Positions 62,339 to 64,000 of a stretch of DNA of 64,000 bases are shown in pieces (within the stretch, counting starts at the first letter, position 1; each line of letters begins with the position of its first letter). Source of the stretch: Alphaproteobacteria bacterium (lineage in GTDB: Bacteria > Pseudomonadota > Alphaproteobacteria > Bin95); the NCBI GenBank assembly GCA_038102935.1, contig JAYNYG010000001.1:35096-99095 (forward strand), given 5' to 3'. Under the pieces are notes generated by a model. That model was not told the origin of the DNA and searched no databases. It saw only the letters and a list, made by a program, of their open reading frames with translations. The translations under genes were made by a program, and so were the position numbers.

Positions 62339-63051
62339 TGGTTGCGCGGTACGCCATATATTTCGCGCCCGCACCCGATTGCGCGTTCTGGCGGTTCGGT
62401 TCTGCTTGGATCGGCAGGGATGCGGCGGAGAATAAGGCTCTGGGCCGCCCGACCTTGAGTGGTGAAGCCTCAGCTGATTGGGACGCTGCTGCGCTGGAGA
62501 CGCTTACAGCGTCTCCTCAGTTATACGGCTTCCACGCCACGCTGAAGCCGCCGTTCCGACTGGCTGAGAGACAATCTATTGAAGGATTGATGGATGCCGC
62601 CGAAGCCTTCGCTCGAACCTATAGGCCATTTATTTGCCCGCAGGTTGGCGTGGCGGCGCTCGGGCGGTTCATTGCGTTCCGGCTGATTGAGCCCTGCAAA
62701 GATATGTCTAATCTGGCGTCGGCTTGCGTCCAAACATTCGAGCCATTCCGCGCGCCGCTCAACCAGGTGGAGCTCGCCAAACGCCACGCGGCTGATTTAA
62801 CGCCGCGCCAAACGGAATTGGTCGCCGCGTGGGGCTATCCATATGTGTTTGAAGAATTCCGGTTTCATATGACGCTCACAGGCGCCATTACTGATACTGC
62901 AGTTCGGACACGGCTCGCCGCAGCGCTTCAGGTGATGGCGAAGGCTAGTGGCGCTGATGGTCAAATGCCTGCTGACGCCATCGCCGTATATGAACAACCG
63001 GAGCCAGGTGCGGCGTTCAGGTTACTCCGACGCTTCCCATTCCAGGCTTGA
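62338..63051 (+). CDS. DUF1045 phosphonate-metabolism-associated protein (2H phosphoesterase-like)
   Basis: 237 aa, ATGA-coupled to phnM; YAIYFAP…FHATLK… and HMTL motifs (two H-x-T/S motifs typical of the 2H fold). This family recurs in alphaproteobacterial phn clusters. Confidence 0.65.
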   Translation: MVARYAIYFAPAPDCAFWRFGSAWIGRDAAENKALGRPTLSGEASADWDAAALETLTASPQLYGFHATLKPPFRLAERQSIEGLMDAAEAFARTYRPFICPQVGVAALGRFIAFRLIEPCKDMSNLASACVQTFEPFRAPLNQVELAKRHAADLTPRQTELVAAWGYPYVFEEFRFHMTLTGAITDTAVRTRLAAALQVMAKASGADGQMPADAIAVYEQPEPGAAFRLLRRFPFQA

Positions 63052-63603
63052 GGCTGCTTCAAGCGCATCCGTCATTGCAGCGATGGCGACATCGCGTTCG
63101 CTGTCATTCGATATGGTGATCACGTCACCGCCAGATACGTCATGAGCCGAAGCTCTGGCGATCCTGCCTTCGATATCGGCTGCGTCTTCCCGCCCGCGCG
63201 CCATAAGGCGCTTGCGGAGAGTATCAGCGCTGGCCGTGACAGATATGATACGGACAGGCTGCAAGCGGTTCCGGGCGCAGTCCAATACGCTTCTAGACAC
63301 ATTGACGACGACCGCTTGGCCATGATGGCGGGCGGCAGTGGCAGTATCGCTATCGACGCCATAGCAGAGCCCATGAGCGCGCCAAGACAGCAGAAACCCA
63401 TCATTGCGCTCCTGCTCCAGGAAATCTTGCTCGCTCGCAGCGATATGTGATTCCCCACCTGCATCCGTCGGTCGTGTGATCACGCGGGCTGGAAAGAAAA
63501 ACCGCTTTGATGGCGAAAGCGCCTGCTTTGCGCCGTCCAGCAATGTGTCTTTGCCAACACCGCTTGGCCCGACCACTAAGATCAAAGCCCCTAATCCTGA
63601 CAT
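63022..63603 (-). CDS. phnN: ribose 1,5-bisphosphate phosphokinase PhnN
   Basis: P-loop GPSGVGKDTL and guanylate-kinase-like body; start chosen at MSGLGALILVVGPSGVGK (the track ORF extends 37 codons upstream). Convergent with the DUF1045 gene, 3' ends overlapping. Confidence 0.8.
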   Translation of the reverse strand: MSGLGALILVVGPSGVGKDTLLDGAKQALSPSKRFFFPARVITRPTDAGGESHIAASEQDFLEQERNDGFLLSWRAHGLCYGVDSDTATAARHHGQAVVVNVSRSVLDCARNRLQPVRIISVTASADTLRKRLMARGREDAADIEGRIARASAHDVSGGDVITISNDSERDVAIAAMTDALEAASSLEWEASE

Positions 63604-63755
63604 ACTGTTCCGTTGCCTATCATTCTGTTCGTCATGAACCGGAAATAGTTCGTTTTGACGTAATGTACATGACAGTTTTGCGGCGGTTTTGTGACAGTCG
63701 GCTGTCTGGGCCATACTACGATCTCAGCCCATGCCCAAAGCCGGAGCCGCCGCCC

Positions 63756-64000
63756 ATGCGCATCGTCGATCTCTCTCGTGAACTCTACCACCGCACGCCC
63801 GCCCATCCCAGCCATCCGCCCGTGGTGATCACCGTTTGGAATGATCATGATGAGAAGAAAGAGGCGGACGGCGTCCAGTTCTCGTCCAAAGCTATGTCGA
63901 TTGCGATGTCGGACCACGCAGGCACGCATATCGATGCGCCCTGCCATTTCAACGATGCGCCGGATGCCGCGTCTATCGACGAGATACCGTTGGAGAATTT
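63756..64000 (+). CDS. putative cyclase-family (kynurenine formamidase-like) protein, 3'-partial
   Basis: Own translation MRIVDLSRELYHRTPAHPSHPPVVITVWNDHDE…DHAGTHIDAPCHF contains the HxGTHxDxPxH motif of the cyclase family; runs off the window. Confidence 0.5.
   Translation, partial: MRIVDLSRELYHRTPAHPSHPPVVITVWNDHDEKKEADGVQFSSKAMSIAMSDHAGTHIDAPCHFNDAPDAASIDEIPLEN

Overview
This is a high-GC (roughly 60-65%), densely coding, alphaproteobacterium-like chromosomal segment. I see about 65 genes and no rRNA, tRNA or CRISPR array.

Core and ordinary content:
- A 5'-truncated RND efflux permease.
- A small FAD-oxidoreductase / VOC / asparaginase-domain operon.
- A TPP-dependent enzyme, TauD-type dioxygenases, and the DNA glycosylase gene tag.
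- A DppA/B/C-like peptide ABC importer with no ATPase genes nearby.
- A long minus-strand catabolic operon (12495..20103): Lrp/AsnC regulator, M19 dipeptidase, MetE-like Zn methyltransferase, two tandem paralogous SDRs, a family III CoA-transferase and a MaoC dehydratase.
- A Baeyer-Villiger monooxygenase (BVMO), a thiolase-like protein and an acyl-CoA ligase module.
- Acetyl-CoA synthetase (acs).
- A propionate / beta-oxidation block: SDR, crotonase, acyl-CoA dehydrogenase, methylmalonyl-CoA mutase small and large subunits, and nitronate monooxygenase paralogs.
- A complete C-P lyase phosphonate cluster: phnF divergent from phnGHIJKLM, then a DUF1045 gene, with phnN convergent.

Most notable signals, from the sequence itself:
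- Two paralogous genes, each with an in-frame TGA exactly at a D-U-G-S-C-S-(S/T)-C motif (UGSC-type UxxC selenoproteins). Each TGA is followed by a conserved hairpin and each gene is preceded by a paralogous ~350-aa protein of unknown function. A third paralog of that partner domain (20512..21966) is fused to a CPTC thioredoxin-like domain.
- A third candidate selenoprotein (54953..55612, minus strand), an AhpC/TSA (Prx-like) redoxin with TGA at the first Cys of W-C-P-Y-C.
- A ~1.8-kb AT-rich island (43600..45440) carrying a C-terminal HlyD remnant and decayed ORFs.
- A lower-GC standalone PD-(D/E)xK nuclease-like gene (29194..30108) inserted between housekeeping genes.
- A ~115-bp GC-rich inverted repeat (15321..15436).

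Coordinates mostly follow the supplied ORF track; starts I refined myself may be off by a few nucleotides.
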